59,899 nucleotides of DNA from an uncultured Candidatus Poseidoniales archaeon (lineage in GTDB: Archaea > Thermoplasmatota > Poseidoniia > Poseidoniales > Poseidoniaceae). The notes under the pieces are model-generated. The model searched no databases. It was not told the origin of the DNA and saw only the letters and a program-made list of their open reading frames with translations. The DNA is taken from positions 1-59,899 of the forward strand of contig CAXAHE010000001.1 in assembly GCA_963968475.1 (NCBI GenBank), in the 5' to 3' direction. Both the position numbers and the translations under genes were made by a program. Positions within the stretch are counted from its first letter, which is position 1; each line of letters starts with the position of its first letter. Positions 26,543-36,013 of the stretch are shown piece by piece.

Positions 26543-29176
26543 ATGACAAAAAGGAGCATGATGGACCAATTCCATGAATTGAAAGAAGAGAATCCAGGAA
26601 CCGTTCTTTTCTTCCGAATGGGAGATTTCTATGAATTGTTTCATGAAGACGCTGAAACCGGTTCTGAAGTCATGGGTCTAGCGCTTACATCAAGGGATAA
26701 GAATGCTGAAAATCCAATTCCTATGGCTGGTTTTCCATGGCACCAACTCGAGGACAATCTGCGGAAAATGTTGCGAGCTGGCCACAAAGTCACAGTTGCG
26801 GAGCAAGAGCAGGAACTCAGGGAGGGTGCAAAACTGCTTGAGCGGGTTGTAACAAGAGTCTACACGCCCGGCTCTCTCTATGAAGAATCCCTCATTGGTA
26901 CGGATTCCTCAGCCCTTCTCTGTGCTCTTTCTGTTGCAGCAGATTCTGTTGCCGTTTCAATGATCGATGCCTCAACAGGGCAAGCTTGGGCGACAACACA
27001 TGAAGGGGATGGTAGATGGGCTTCGATACATGATGAAGTACTACGCTGGAGCCCGAGTGAAATTGTACTTACTTTATCGGATTCTAAGGATAATGAAGTC
27101 CTTCATTTGATTTCATTACTTGATTCGATTATTATCAGTCAACATGCAGCACCGGCCAAACGGTCTCTTGAGAAATTAAAGAAGATGTTATCAGTGAATG
27201 ATCTTGGACATCTTGACTTAGACGATTCACCCTTAGCTCTCCAAGCAACTGCACTTGCAGCAGATTACCTTGCTACAGTTCATAGACACGATGACATCGC
27301 TATCAGTGATGTTGAAATTCAAGAAACCTCGGAGGGTATGGTGCTCGATCAAACAACACTTCGAAATTTGGAGATTACCCAAACACTTGCAGGAGAATTC
27401 GAAGGTTCTCTCCTTTGGTCAATGAATAAATGTAGGACTGCAATGGGGCGACGATGCTTGAAATCATGGCTTTTGCGCCCCCTTTCAAATGTCTCTGCCA
27501 TCGAAGCAAGGCATTCTGCCGTAACTTCACTTATGCGTTCTTCTAAACGCCTTGATTTGTTGAGAGAATGTCTGAAAGGAATGCTCGATATCGAACGTTT
27601 GTCCACACAATTGAACTATCGACGTTCAAACGCTCGAGATCTCCTCGCAACTGCAAATGCAATTGAACGGCTTCCTGCTATCAAACGATTATGTCTTGAG
27701 ACTGAAGATGGGTTACTCATGCATCTCGTCGAGGATTTAGATGCTCTTACCGATGTTGCTGAAAAGATTCATCGAACCTTAGTGGATGAAGTCCCATTGA
27801 GCTTAAGAGATGGTGGATTAATCCGAAAAGGAATTCATGAAGAATTAGACCGCTACAGGTCAGCCTCTGAACTTGGGCATACTTGGTTTAAAGATCTCGA
27901 GACAAAGTATCGGCAAGAGTTGAGTATTCCAAGTCTGAAAGTAAAGAATAATCGTCAAATTGGATGGTTTATTGAAGTGACTGCGACTCATTCATCTAAG
28001 GTACCTGAAGAGTGGAAACGCAAACAGCAGATGACGAACGGAGACCGCTGGGTAACCGATGATTTACTCGAGCAAGACGATTTATTACTCACTGCGGAGA
28101 GTAAATCAAAAGCAATTGAATATCGGCTGTTTTGTGAATTAAGAGATGATATTCGAGGTCATGCAAACCATCTTGCACAGATTGCTTCGCGTGTCGCAGC
28201 TATCGATGTGCTGCAATGTTTTTCAGCGACTGCACGCCAACGCTCATGGGTAAAACCTTCCATTGTTTCGGGTAAAAAAATGCACCTTGAACAAGCCCGA
28301 CATCCCGTTCTTGAAGCACAGCAAGGGTTTGTTCCGAATGATGCTATGATGGATGAAAAGAGAAGGTTCCTATTGATTACCGGTCCAAATATGGGTGGTA
28401 AATCGACCTATCTAAGGACGGTTGCACTCGTATCAATTCTTGCCCAAGCAGGAAGTCTTGTACCCGCTGAGAAAGCCAAAATCGGACTTGTTGATCGTAT
28501 CTTTACCCGAGTTGGTGCAAGTGATGATTTGAGAAGAGGCCGTTCAACATTCATGATGGAAATGATTGAAGTTGCTCATATCCTTCGCCGAGCTACACCC
28601 CAATCCCTGTTATTACTGGATGAAATCGGAAGAGGAACATCAACCTTTGATGGCCTCTCCCTTGCTTGGGCAGTCACTGAAGATGTTTGTAATCGAATTG
28701 GAGCTCGCAGTCTCTTCGCCACTCATTACCACCAACTTGTTGGATTAGAATCCGAAATTAATGGCTTAGCGAATGTTCATGTCCAGGTGGCACAAAAAGA
28801 CGGGACCCTCCATTTCCTCCATACAGTGGCCGATGGCCCATGCGATGAATCATATGGGATTCAAGTTGCAGCCCTTGCAGGTTTACCACGTCCCGTGGTT
28901 GAACGGGCCTCTGATCTTCTTGCTTTCCTTGAACAGCAAGCCCAAGGAGCAAAGGCTGGTAGAGACGGAGCACCCCAAACAAGGGAGGCAGGCCAGTCCT
29001 CTTTGATGGGGTATTTTGCAGCAGCTGCAATGCAGACCACAGAATCTGTGCCTACTGGCCCTTCGCAACAAGAACAATCAGTGCTAGACAAATTAATCGA
29101 TGTCAATCTTGATGATTTATCTCCACGAGAAGCTTACACGTTGTTAGAAGATCTTCAAACACGGTTGGAGAGATGA
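26543..29176 (+). CDS. mutS: DNA mismatch repair protein MutS (bacterial MutS1 type)
   Basis: It has an N-terminal mismatch-binding block, LFFRMGDFYELFHEDA. The Walker A motif is ITGPNMGGKST. Also STFMMEM and DEIGRGTSTFDG. 877 aa. Confidence 0.9.
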   Translation: MTKRSMMDQFHELKEENPGTVLFFRMGDFYELFHEDAETGSEVMGLALTSRDKNAENPIPMAGFPWHQLEDNLRKMLRAGHKVTVAEQEQELREGAKLLERVVTRVYTPGSLYEESLIGTDSSALLCALSVAADSVAVSMIDASTGQAWATTHEGDGRWASIHDEVLRWSPSEIVLTLSDSKDNEVLHLISLLDSIIISQHAAPAKRSLEKLKKMLSVNDLGHLDLDDSPLALQATALAADYLATVHRHDDIAISDVEIQETSEGMVLDQTTLRNLEITQTLAGEFEGSLLWSMNKCRTAMGRRCLKSWLLRPLSNVSAIEARHSAVTSLMRSSKRLDLLRECLKGMLDIERLSTQLNYRRSNARDLLATANAIERLPAIKRLCLETEDGLLMHLVEDLDALTDVAEKIHRTLVDEVPLSLRDGGLIRKGIHEELDRYRSASELGHTWFKDLETKYRQELSIPSLKVKNNRQIGWFIEVTATHSSKVPEEWKRKQQMTNGDRWVTDDLLEQDDLLLTAESKSKAIEYRLFCELRDDIRGHANHLAQIASRVAAIDVLQCFSATARQRSWVKPSIVSGKKMHLEQARHPVLEAQQGFVPNDAMMDEKRRFLLITGPNMGGKSTYLRTVALVSILAQAGSLVPAEKAKIGLVDRIFTRVGASDDLRRGRSTFMMEMIEVAHILRRATPQSLLLLDEIGRGTSTFDGLSLAWAVTEDVCNRIGARSLFATHYHQLVGLESEINGLANVHVQVAQKDGTLHFLHTVADGPCDESYGIQVAALAGLPRPVVERASDLLAFLEQQAQGAKAGRDGAPQTREAGQSSLMGYFAAAAMQTTESVPTGPSQQEQSVLDKLIDVNLDDLSPREAYTLLEDLQTRLER

Positions 29177-29180
29177 TTAA

Positions 29181-31151
29181 ATGAGTGAACCAAACAGAAT
29201 TCAGCAACTCGATGAGAAAACGATTGGTCATATTTCTGCAGGAGAAGTCGTTGAACGTCCTGCTCAAGTTGTCAAAGAACTTCTTGAGAATTCACTTGAT
29301 GCAGGCTCCACTTCGATTCATGTCGTTATTGAAAGAGGTGGGTTTGATAAGATACAAATCGAAGACAATGGAAGCGGAATTCACCAAGAAGATCTTGCTC
29401 TTTCTCTTGATCGGCATGCAACCTCGAAGATGAAATCTCCAGAAGACCTCAATGAGATTTACACGCTTGGCTTTCGAGGAGAGGCTCTCGCAAGTATCGG
29501 AATGGTGTCAAAACTGACTGTCGCCTCTCGGCCAGATGGCCAAGAAGGGCGTAGTATCCACATGGAAGATGGCAATAAAGGAGAGATTGAACCATCTGGG
29601 ATGGCAAAAGGTACCGTAGTTACAGTCGAACATCTCTTCGAAAATACTCCCGTCCGATTAGGTTTTCAACGTCGACCTGCAACAGAACATGCAAGAATCG
29701 TAGAGGTTGTTGTCGCTCATGCAATTGCCCATCCAAATGTTGGGTTCAGATGTACTATTGATGGCCGTTCTACTCTTCATTTACCAAAAGTCGAAACAAT
29801 TGAAGACCGTTTGTATGATGTTTTAGGGGGTCAGTCATCAGCCCTTCTCCCTCTTCAACAACCTGATGACGATGCGAGCGTTCCTGGTGATGAAACATGG
29901 TCAGGTTACATCAGCACTCCAGATATTTCAAGGGGCAAGGGGGATGAGATTCACATTCTTGTTAACGGTAGACCAGTTGCCTCAACACCTTTCCACCAAG
30001 CAATACGAAGAGGCTATCGTACCCGTTTAATGCAAGGCAGGCATCCTGTAACAGTTCTTCACCTCGAAGTTCCTGCTAATGAGGTGGATGTAAACGTCCA
30101 TCCTACGAAAAGAGAAGTACGACTGCGTCATTCATGGCGTGTCCTCGAGCGACTTGAACGAGCCATCGCGCATACTCTTGCTTCATCCCCAACACAACCT
30201 GATCCAAGTGGTGAACTCCAAGGGCTCCAAGGTCTTTCCCAACAGTCTATAGAAAAGCCAATACAGGAACTGCTTGCTCCCATAGTCAAAGATGAAAACC
30301 CTCAGGAGATACCTGCTCCACCAGCATGGGCGCTCGCTGCGGGTACCCAACTGAATCTTGTTGGGAAGGTTGCTGAAGAATCAATTGACAGTGATGAGAA
30401 GTTACGGCCACAATCCACAGCAGCATCTGCTCAAAAAGTGTTACCGGGAATGGGTTCATCTCCAATGGCTCCAGCTCTTTCCAAAGAAGAACGAGCATTA
30501 CACCGGCATGCAGGTCTTGGAGGAAGCATTCTTCCAAGCCAGGAATCACCATTGAAATTTTCTGGGAATGATTTACCAAAGATGGAACCCTTATCGCAAT
30601 TTGCTAATTCGTACATTCTTGCCCAAGCGGGAGAAGAACTTCTCCTGATTGACCAGCACGCTTTACACGAGCGTATTCGATACGAACGGCTTCGACATGA
30701 TCCGACAATTTGGGAACCACAACCTCGATTGGTTCCTACAACTATCCATTTCAATTTGACTCAAAAAGCACGATTAGAGGCTTCTATGGACAAATTGAAT
30801 GACCTGGGATTTACTCTCGAACAACAATCCGATGAAGAATGGCACGTCCTTCAAGCACCTCGCCTTCTCGATGGCGATGAAATTCAGCCGTTCTTATTCG
30901 ACCTCCTACAAGATGTGAGCGAGGATGGAGCTCCTCTGGAAACGATTGAACGAAGAAAAGACCATCTGGCATTCTTGAATGCGTGCAGAGGTTCCGTGAA
31001 AGCAAATGACGAATTGAGTATTGCTGAAATGCGTCGTCTGCTCGACGATATGCGTCATGTTCCAAATCCATGGGCTTGTGTCCATGGCCGCCCAACTGCG
31101 CTTCGTTTATCTCTGGACTCCCTTGACAAGCACTTCGGTAGGCATGGTTGA
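29181..31151 (+). CDS. mutL: DNA mismatch repair protein MutL (with endonuclease motif)
   Basis: It has a GHKL N-terminus (VVKELLENSLDAG, IEDNGSGI, LGFRGEAL). The C-terminal LIDQHALHERIRYERL (DQHAxxExxxxE-type) and ACVHGRPT blocks are present. Confidence 0.9.
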   Translation: MSEPNRIQQLDEKTIGHISAGEVVERPAQVVKELLENSLDAGSTSIHVVIERGGFDKIQIEDNGSGIHQEDLALSLDRHATSKMKSPEDLNEIYTLGFRGEALASIGMVSKLTVASRPDGQEGRSIHMEDGNKGEIEPSGMAKGTVVTVEHLFENTPVRLGFQRRPATEHARIVEVVVAHAIAHPNVGFRCTIDGRSTLHLPKVETIEDRLYDVLGGQSSALLPLQQPDDDASVPGDETWSGYISTPDISRGKGDEIHILVNGRPVASTPFHQAIRRGYRTRLMQGRHPVTVLHLEVPANEVDVNVHPTKREVRLRHSWRVLERLERAIAHTLASSPTQPDPSGELQGLQGLSQQSIEKPIQELLAPIVKDENPQEIPAPPAWALAAGTQLNLVGKVAEESIDSDEKLRPQSTAASAQKVLPGMGSSPMAPALSKEERALHRHAGLGGSILPSQESPLKFSGNDLPKMEPLSQFANSYILAQAGEELLLIDQHALHERIRYERLRHDPTIWEPQPRLVPTTIHFNLTQKARLEASMDKLNDLGFTLEQQSDEEWHVLQAPRLLDGDEIQPFLFDLLQDVSEDGAPLETIERRKDHLAFLNACRGSVKANDELSIAEMRRLLDDMRHVPNPWACVHGRPTALRLSLDSLDKHFGRHG

Positions 31152-32459
31152 GAGTCTGTCTAGGAAAGAAGGATCTGCGACTCTGTGGAGTCTGGGTCCC
31201 TCTACTGTTGCTCCAACCTTTGTTGCCAAAAGAACCGCAGTCATCTGAAGGCGGTGATCTCCAAATGTTTCAACCATTGAGGTTGGTTTTTGAATCGACT
31301 GATTTCCTTTGATTGTGATTCCATCATCTTTTATGGAACAATTAATTCCAAATTGTTGTAGCATCTCCGCAGTTTTACTAATCCGATTGCTTTCTTTGAA
31401 CATAGCATGGGCTGCACCTGAAATTGTACCTCCACCAGTCAAGGCAAGAATTGCAGAGAGTGGAGGTAACAAGTCATTTGCATCTATCAGATCAATGTCT
31501 ACTGGGGAATAATTTTCAGAAGGAGCGAGGATGTTTTCATTTAATGTAAGTCCAATCTTAGGTAACTTTTCCAGTAACACTTCATGACCAATTGAGTCCT
31601 TTTCATTTGGAAGATTGGCTAGAGTGATGTCTGTGTTTGCGACAACGCAAGAAAGAGCTGTAAAGGCCATCATCGAAGCATCAGGTGGCACCTCCCATTT
31701 CTTTGGGGGTGTTGAGTTCCAAGGCTGAACGATGACTTTGTCTCCATCCTGGTCAATGACGGCGCCACATTCAACCATCAAATCCATTGTTAATTGTGCA
31801 TGCCTCTTGCTTACTGAGTTTGAACTTTTCTTGATCATGCAAGGTTGTTGGATGCCCTCAGTTGCAAGCAGTAAGCTCGAATAGGGCTGGGAAGATTTCG
31901 AGGTATTCACTTCAGTTTCATATTTTTTCCAAGGCCCTTGCAGAAGGACTGGGAGGCGTTCTTGTTCTGTTCCATAGGAGCATTCAACTCCGAGTGTTTT
32001 CAGTGAATTCAGCATGTCTTGATGATCTCTATTGCGTAGGCTTGAGTCTCCGTCAATCATTATCAAGTGATTTGTTCTCGAGGCTAATCCCATTAAGAAA
32101 CGTAATGCAGTTCCAGAATTACCTGCGTGTAAGACGCTTGGAGGGCGGACAAGTCCTGTGATTCCAGAACCATTAATCGTCATTTTATCCTGCGTATGGG
32201 TGATTTTGACACCCAGTTGTTCAAGACAGCGAGCCATGCTTTCTGGATCTTCACCTAGAGTGGTTATTCCAGTCAGGGTATGTTCATCTGTGCTTAAAGC
32301 ACATAGATGCATCATTCGGATTAAATGACTCTTTGAAGGAGGGAGTTTCCATTCCGTGTCTAAGAGTGTAGTGTTTTCCTTTACATCAAGAGCTTCAATA
32401 TGGCTTGGACGATGCCCTTTTCCACGATGATTCCACCGCTTTGTCCAACCCTTTGCCAT
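31107..32459 (-). CDS. aroA: 3-phosphoshikimate 1-carboxyvinyltransferase (EPSP synthase)
   Basis: LPPSKSHLIRMMHLCAL, LHAGNSGTALRFLMG and FGDHRLQMTA blocks are present. I chose the start at the ATG at 32459 (MAKGW..). The track start at 32501 would leave only 22-28 nt to the divergent moaA. The 3' end overlaps the mutL 3' end by 45 nt. Confidence 0.8.
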   Translation of the reverse strand: MAKGWTKRWNHRGKGHRPSHIEALDVKENTTLLDTEWKLPPSKSHLIRMMHLCALSTDEHTLTGITTLGEDPESMARCLEQLGVKITHTQDKMTINGSGITGLVRPPSVLHAGNSGTALRFLMGLASRTNHLIMIDGDSSLRNRDHQDMLNSLKTLGVECSYGTEQERLPVLLQGPWKKYETEVNTSKSSQPYSSLLLATEGIQQPCMIKKSSNSVSKRHAQLTMDLMVECGAVIDQDGDKVIVQPWNSTPPKKWEVPPDASMMAFTALSCVVANTDITLANLPNEKDSIGHEVLLEKLPKIGLTLNENILAPSENYSPVDIDLIDANDLLPPLSAILALTGGGTISGAAHAMFKESNRISKTAEMLQQFGINCSIKDDGITIKGNQSIQKPTSMVETFGDHRLQMTAVLLATKVGATVEGPRLHRVADPSFLDRLSTMPTEVLVKGVQR

Positions 32460-32529
32460 ACCTACGCCAACATCTGTTATCAGATGAAGGCTTGCAAACA
32501 TTCACAATACAACGGCACTAGGGTTGCTT

Positions 32530-33531
32530 ATGGTCCTCAAGGATGTTTTCAAGCGTCCGTTGCTCGATTTGAGGATTTCTGTAACAGATCGATGCAATAT
32601 GAGGTGTCGATACTGCATGCCTCGTGAACATTTTGACAATGATCATGTCTATCTTCCTAAATCAGATATACTTTCATTTGAGGAGATTGTTCATGTCGTT
32701 GAATCGCTTCTTCCCTCTGGTCTTAGGAAAGTAAGACTTACTGGCGGTGAGCCTCTGATACGCAAAGACTTACACAAACTTATCAAACAACTAAGATCGC
32801 TTTCAACAGAACTTGATATTGCATTAACAACAAATGCTCATCTCCTTTCGAATTCGATTGAATTGCTCAAACAAGCAGGTCTCTCAAGAATCACGGTTTC
32901 TTTAGATGCTGTTGATGTTGATGTTTACCAAACGATGGGGGACACAACCTCAACACCTGATACTATTCTTGCGTCTATCGATAAGACTCTAGCACTGGGT
33001 ATTCCGGTTAAAGTAAATACTGTTGTCCAAAAAGACATCAATGAACATCAAATCATACCTCTTATCTCGCAGTTGAGTTCGAGGAATGTTCCTATTCGGT
33101 TTATTGAATACATGGACGTTGGTGCCACGAACTCTTGGAATTTAGATCACGTAGTGACAGGCAAAGAGATGCGTACTCTAATCGAAAAGGAATTTGGAAT
33201 AATCCAATCCATTGAACCAAATCATCCAAGCGATGTGGCAAGAGAATATCGTACTACATCAGGTTCCATCATTGGTTTTATAGAATCTATTTCGAATCCG
33301 TTTTGTGGAGATTGCTCAAGGGCAAGACTCTCCGCAAACGGGAGTATCTTTACCTGTCTTTTTGCAACAAAAGGTTTCGATATCCGCGGAATTCTTCGCA
33401 TGGATGCTAGTAAGAAGGAGATATCACAGGCTATTTCTTCAATCTGGAGCCAACGAAAAGACCGATATTCTGAAACCCGTAGCGAAAAGACCGACTCAGA
33501 ACGGATCGAGATGTCTTTTATCGGTGGCTGA
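32530..33531 (+). CDS. moaA: GTP 3',8-cyclase MoaA (radical SAM)
   Basis: LRISVTDRCNMRCRYCMP is the CxxxCxxC radical-SAM cluster, and the C-terminal cluster is CGDCSRARLSANG. The ATG at 32530 is preferred over the TTG at 32524. Confidence 0.85.
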   Translation: MVLKDVFKRPLLDLRISVTDRCNMRCRYCMPREHFDNDHVYLPKSDILSFEEIVHVVESLLPSGLRKVRLTGGEPLIRKDLHKLIKQLRSLSTELDIALTTNAHLLSNSIELLKQAGLSRITVSLDAVDVDVYQTMGDTTSTPDTILASIDKTLALGIPVKVNTVVQKDINEHQIIPLISQLSSRNVPIRFIEYMDVGATNSWNLDHVVTGKEMRTLIEKEFGIIQSIEPNHPSDVAREYRTTSGSIIGFIESISNPFCGDCSRARLSANGSIFTCLFATKGFDIRGILRMDASKKEISQAISSIWSQRKDRYSETRSEKTDSERIEMSFIGG

Positions 33532-33571
33532 TGTACAATCCTTCAATAACTCCTACGGTTCACTTTACCTT

Positions 33572-34315
33572 ATGACCAAGACTATGTTGATACCATTGTT
33601 CGTTTTACCCGCTGGAATATTTCCAACTGTCGAAGAACCGCTCCGTGTTTTTGAACCACGATACAAGCAAATGCTTGACGATTGTGTGTTAGATGGAAAG
33701 CCGTTTGGATATGTTACACATTCAAGCGATATTTCTGATGTGAACGGTTGGACTCAACCAGGAAGATACGGCGTTCTTTGTGATGTGAAAAATGTTGAAG
33801 AACAGGGGACAAACCTCCTTTTTACAGCAAATGGTACTTCCCGATTTGAGATCATTGATGTCGTGCAAGCCGCTTTGCCATCGATGCCGTTTGGGGACAT
33901 ATTCCCAACCGTAGATGAACTCGTTGAGCAGTATCATGAAACAAGCCCTGATGGAAAATTATACCTCCAAGCTAACGTGAGAATAGTTGAAGAAATAAAA
34001 GGTGAAGTAAGTGCTGATGATTGGTCTGAATTCTTGCACATATGGGCTCAGCATATCGTTGATGTCAACTCCATTCTGAGGAATGATGGCCTTAATATGG
34101 AAGACATGCTTTTGCTTCTTGAAGAAGAGTTCCTTCCGTACGATTCATCTTCATTGTGGCAGGTGGCACATGCAATACTTGATGATGATGGGTATCGCCA
34201 ACAGGCTCTATGTTCAACTGATTGTGATGAAGTGTTTGTGATTCTACATGATTCATTAAAGATGAAAAATGCTCAACTTAACTATATCAGAACACTCAAC
34301 GATCAAGATGACTAA
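33572..34315 (+). CDS. LON N-terminal (substrate-binding, PUA-like) domain protein
   Basis: The ATG at 33572 gives MTKTMLIPLFVLPAGIFPTVEEPLRVFEPRYKQMLDDCV.., the LPLFPL..LFP..L.IFEPRY signature. The track start at 33305 overlaps moaA. Confidence 0.7.
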   Translation: MTKTMLIPLFVLPAGIFPTVEEPLRVFEPRYKQMLDDCVLDGKPFGYVTHSSDISDVNGWTQPGRYGVLCDVKNVEEQGTNLLFTANGTSRFEIIDVVQAALPSMPFGDIFPTVDELVEQYHETSPDGKLYLQANVRIVEEIKGEVSADDWSEFLHIWAQHIVDVNSILRNDGLNMEDMLLLLEEEFLPYDSSSLWQVAHAILDDDGYRQQALCSTDCDEVFVILHDSLKMKNAQLNYIRTLNDQDD

Positions 34316-34807
34316 TCAAGATTGCATTGGCGGTAAATCAATTCGTACCAATACATACTGCAACTCTTGGTCGAGAAGCGTAAAGCCCCACTCACCAACA
34401 TCTGTACCTATTTCTCTTGAATTAACGACAAAGTAATCGCCTGCTGATATCGAATAGCTCGCATCTCGATCATGGAATGAGACGTTCGAACCGATAACCG
34501 AATAAACATCAGAATCATCAACATAACCAGTAAATTCAGTGCCATTAGCATTGTCTTGTTCAGATAGACTGAATGAAATTCGACCGGGATCAAGTGTTTG
34601 ATCGAGTGTTGTGATTCTGATTACATGGTATCCATTATCGAGAGCCCGAACACTTACAGTCATCTGTGGTGGAGCTTTTTCACCCGTTTCAAGAGCACCT
34701 TGCATAAGAACGAATACCATTCCAGACAGCATGACGGTTATGGCGAGAAGAAGCACAGTAGCAATGACGGGGCTTACGGCCTCTTCATCGCTGTGTAGGT
34801 TCGCCAT
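34316..34807 (-). CDS. Archaeal type IV pilin-like protein (class III signal peptide)
   Basis: N-terminus MANLHSDEEAVSPVIATVLLLAITVMLSGMVFVLM. The AVSPVIATVLLLAITV block is the typical archaeal pilin/archaellin-like prepilin motif. It is followed by a beta-rich domain. 163 aa. Confidence 0.7.
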   Translation of the reverse strand: MANLHSDEEAVSPVIATVLLLAITVMLSGMVFVLMQGALETGEKAPPQMTVSVRALDNGYHVIRITTLDQTLDPGRISFSLSEQDNANGTEFTGYVDDSDVYSVIGSNVSFHDRDASYSISAGDYFVVNSREIGTDVGEWGFTLLDQELQYVLVRIDLPPMQS

Positions 34808-34867
34808 GACCTTTGCAGATGCTGATAAGACTTGAACGCACCGATGAATACGGATAAAATTCGTAAC

Positions 34868-36004
34868 TTATAGGACCCATAGAGGTTTATCACATTCCAT
34901 TGCACGCTTTATTCCACCAATCGGGCCTAAAACTCGAAGCAATACTTCTGTAATAAGATCATTTTGGAACATCAAATAACCCATGTTCTTTGAGCGTAGT
35001 GAGTTTTTCAACGCACGTCCAAAGCACGCTTCTACTCGGTCTTGATAGGAAGTCAGTGGGGTTTGAAGTTTCTTAAAATCCAAATATGCTTCTGCAGCGA
35101 AACAACCTGAAATCATGGCTTGTGAGATACCTCCTCCATTCGATGGCATGACCAAACCTGCAGCATCTCCTATGGCGATTACATTTTGATCAACCATGGT
35201 CTTTACAGGCCCTCCCATAGGAATCCATCCGCCCCCGAATGAAAGAATCTCAAGGTTAAGATCATCACAGAATTTCTTCAGATGTTCTTTAATCGAGCCC
35301 TTAAGAGCTCCAGCACGTACTCCCAATCCAACGTTCGCAGTATCTGGTCCTTTGGGGATGATCCATGCATAGCCTTTTGGTGCTACGCTTCCAAGAAATA
35401 CATCGAATGTTTCAGGTACTTTTCCACGTACTTGCGCATAGGCAGTAGGGACTTGGTCATCAGGACGATATGCCTTATCCTTTCCATGTAAGAAGCGTGA
35501 AACATGAGCTAGAGAGCCACTTCCGTCGATGAGAAGGTCACACGTATAACGAGAATTCTCTGTAACAATGAGGAGTGAATTGGATTTACTTCTACGTTTA
35601 ATATTCAAGACAGGTTCTGACATTCGAATTTCCGCACCAGCAGAGACTGCCTTTTCTGCCAGATAACCATCGAATTGTAGGCGATGGCCTGCAAACGCAT
35701 CGAGGTCGAAATGATATGCCTTGCCACTTGGAAGAAACACTCGCATATGGTCAAGGCGATGAAGTTGAATTCGATCTGGGAAATCGAAAGAGTCTTTGAG
35801 CCACTGATGATTCTCTAAACCAGAAAACGTACCAATGACTTCGCCCCAATTTGGAATGCACTCACCACATTGAGCAGGATTACCAATAATCTCTCTTCGC
35901 TCCAAAATCAGCACGTCAATACCGTCTTCTGCTAAGCGTTGGGCACATGTCGTTCCTGCTGGTCCAGCTCCAACAATGATGACTTCACGATGTTCGACTT
36001 CCAT
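34868..36004 (-). CDS. Geranylgeranyl reductase family flavoprotein
   Basis: VIIVGAGPAGTTCA is the FAD-binding GxGxxG motif, with IGDAAG later. 378 aa. It is adjacent to GGPP synthase. Confidence 0.8.
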   Translation of the reverse strand: MEVEHREVIIVGAGPAGTTCAQRLAEDGIDVLILERREIIGNPAQCGECIPNWGEVIGTFSGLENHQWLKDSFDFPDRIQLHRLDHMRVFLPSGKAYHFDLDAFAGHRLQFDGYLAEKAVSAGAEIRMSEPVLNIKRRSKSNSLLIVTENSRYTCDLLIDGSGSLAHVSRFLHGKDKAYRPDDQVPTAYAQVRGKVPETFDVFLGSVAPKGYAWIIPKGPDTANVGLGVRAGALKGSIKEHLKKFCDDLNLEILSFGGGWIPMGGPVKTMVDQNVIAIGDAAGLVMPSNGGGISQAMISGCFAAEAYLDFKKLQTPLTSYQDRVEACFGRALKNSLRSKNMGYLMFQNDLITEVLLRVLGPIGGIKRAMECDKPLWVL

Positions 36005-36013
36005 GCACTCACC

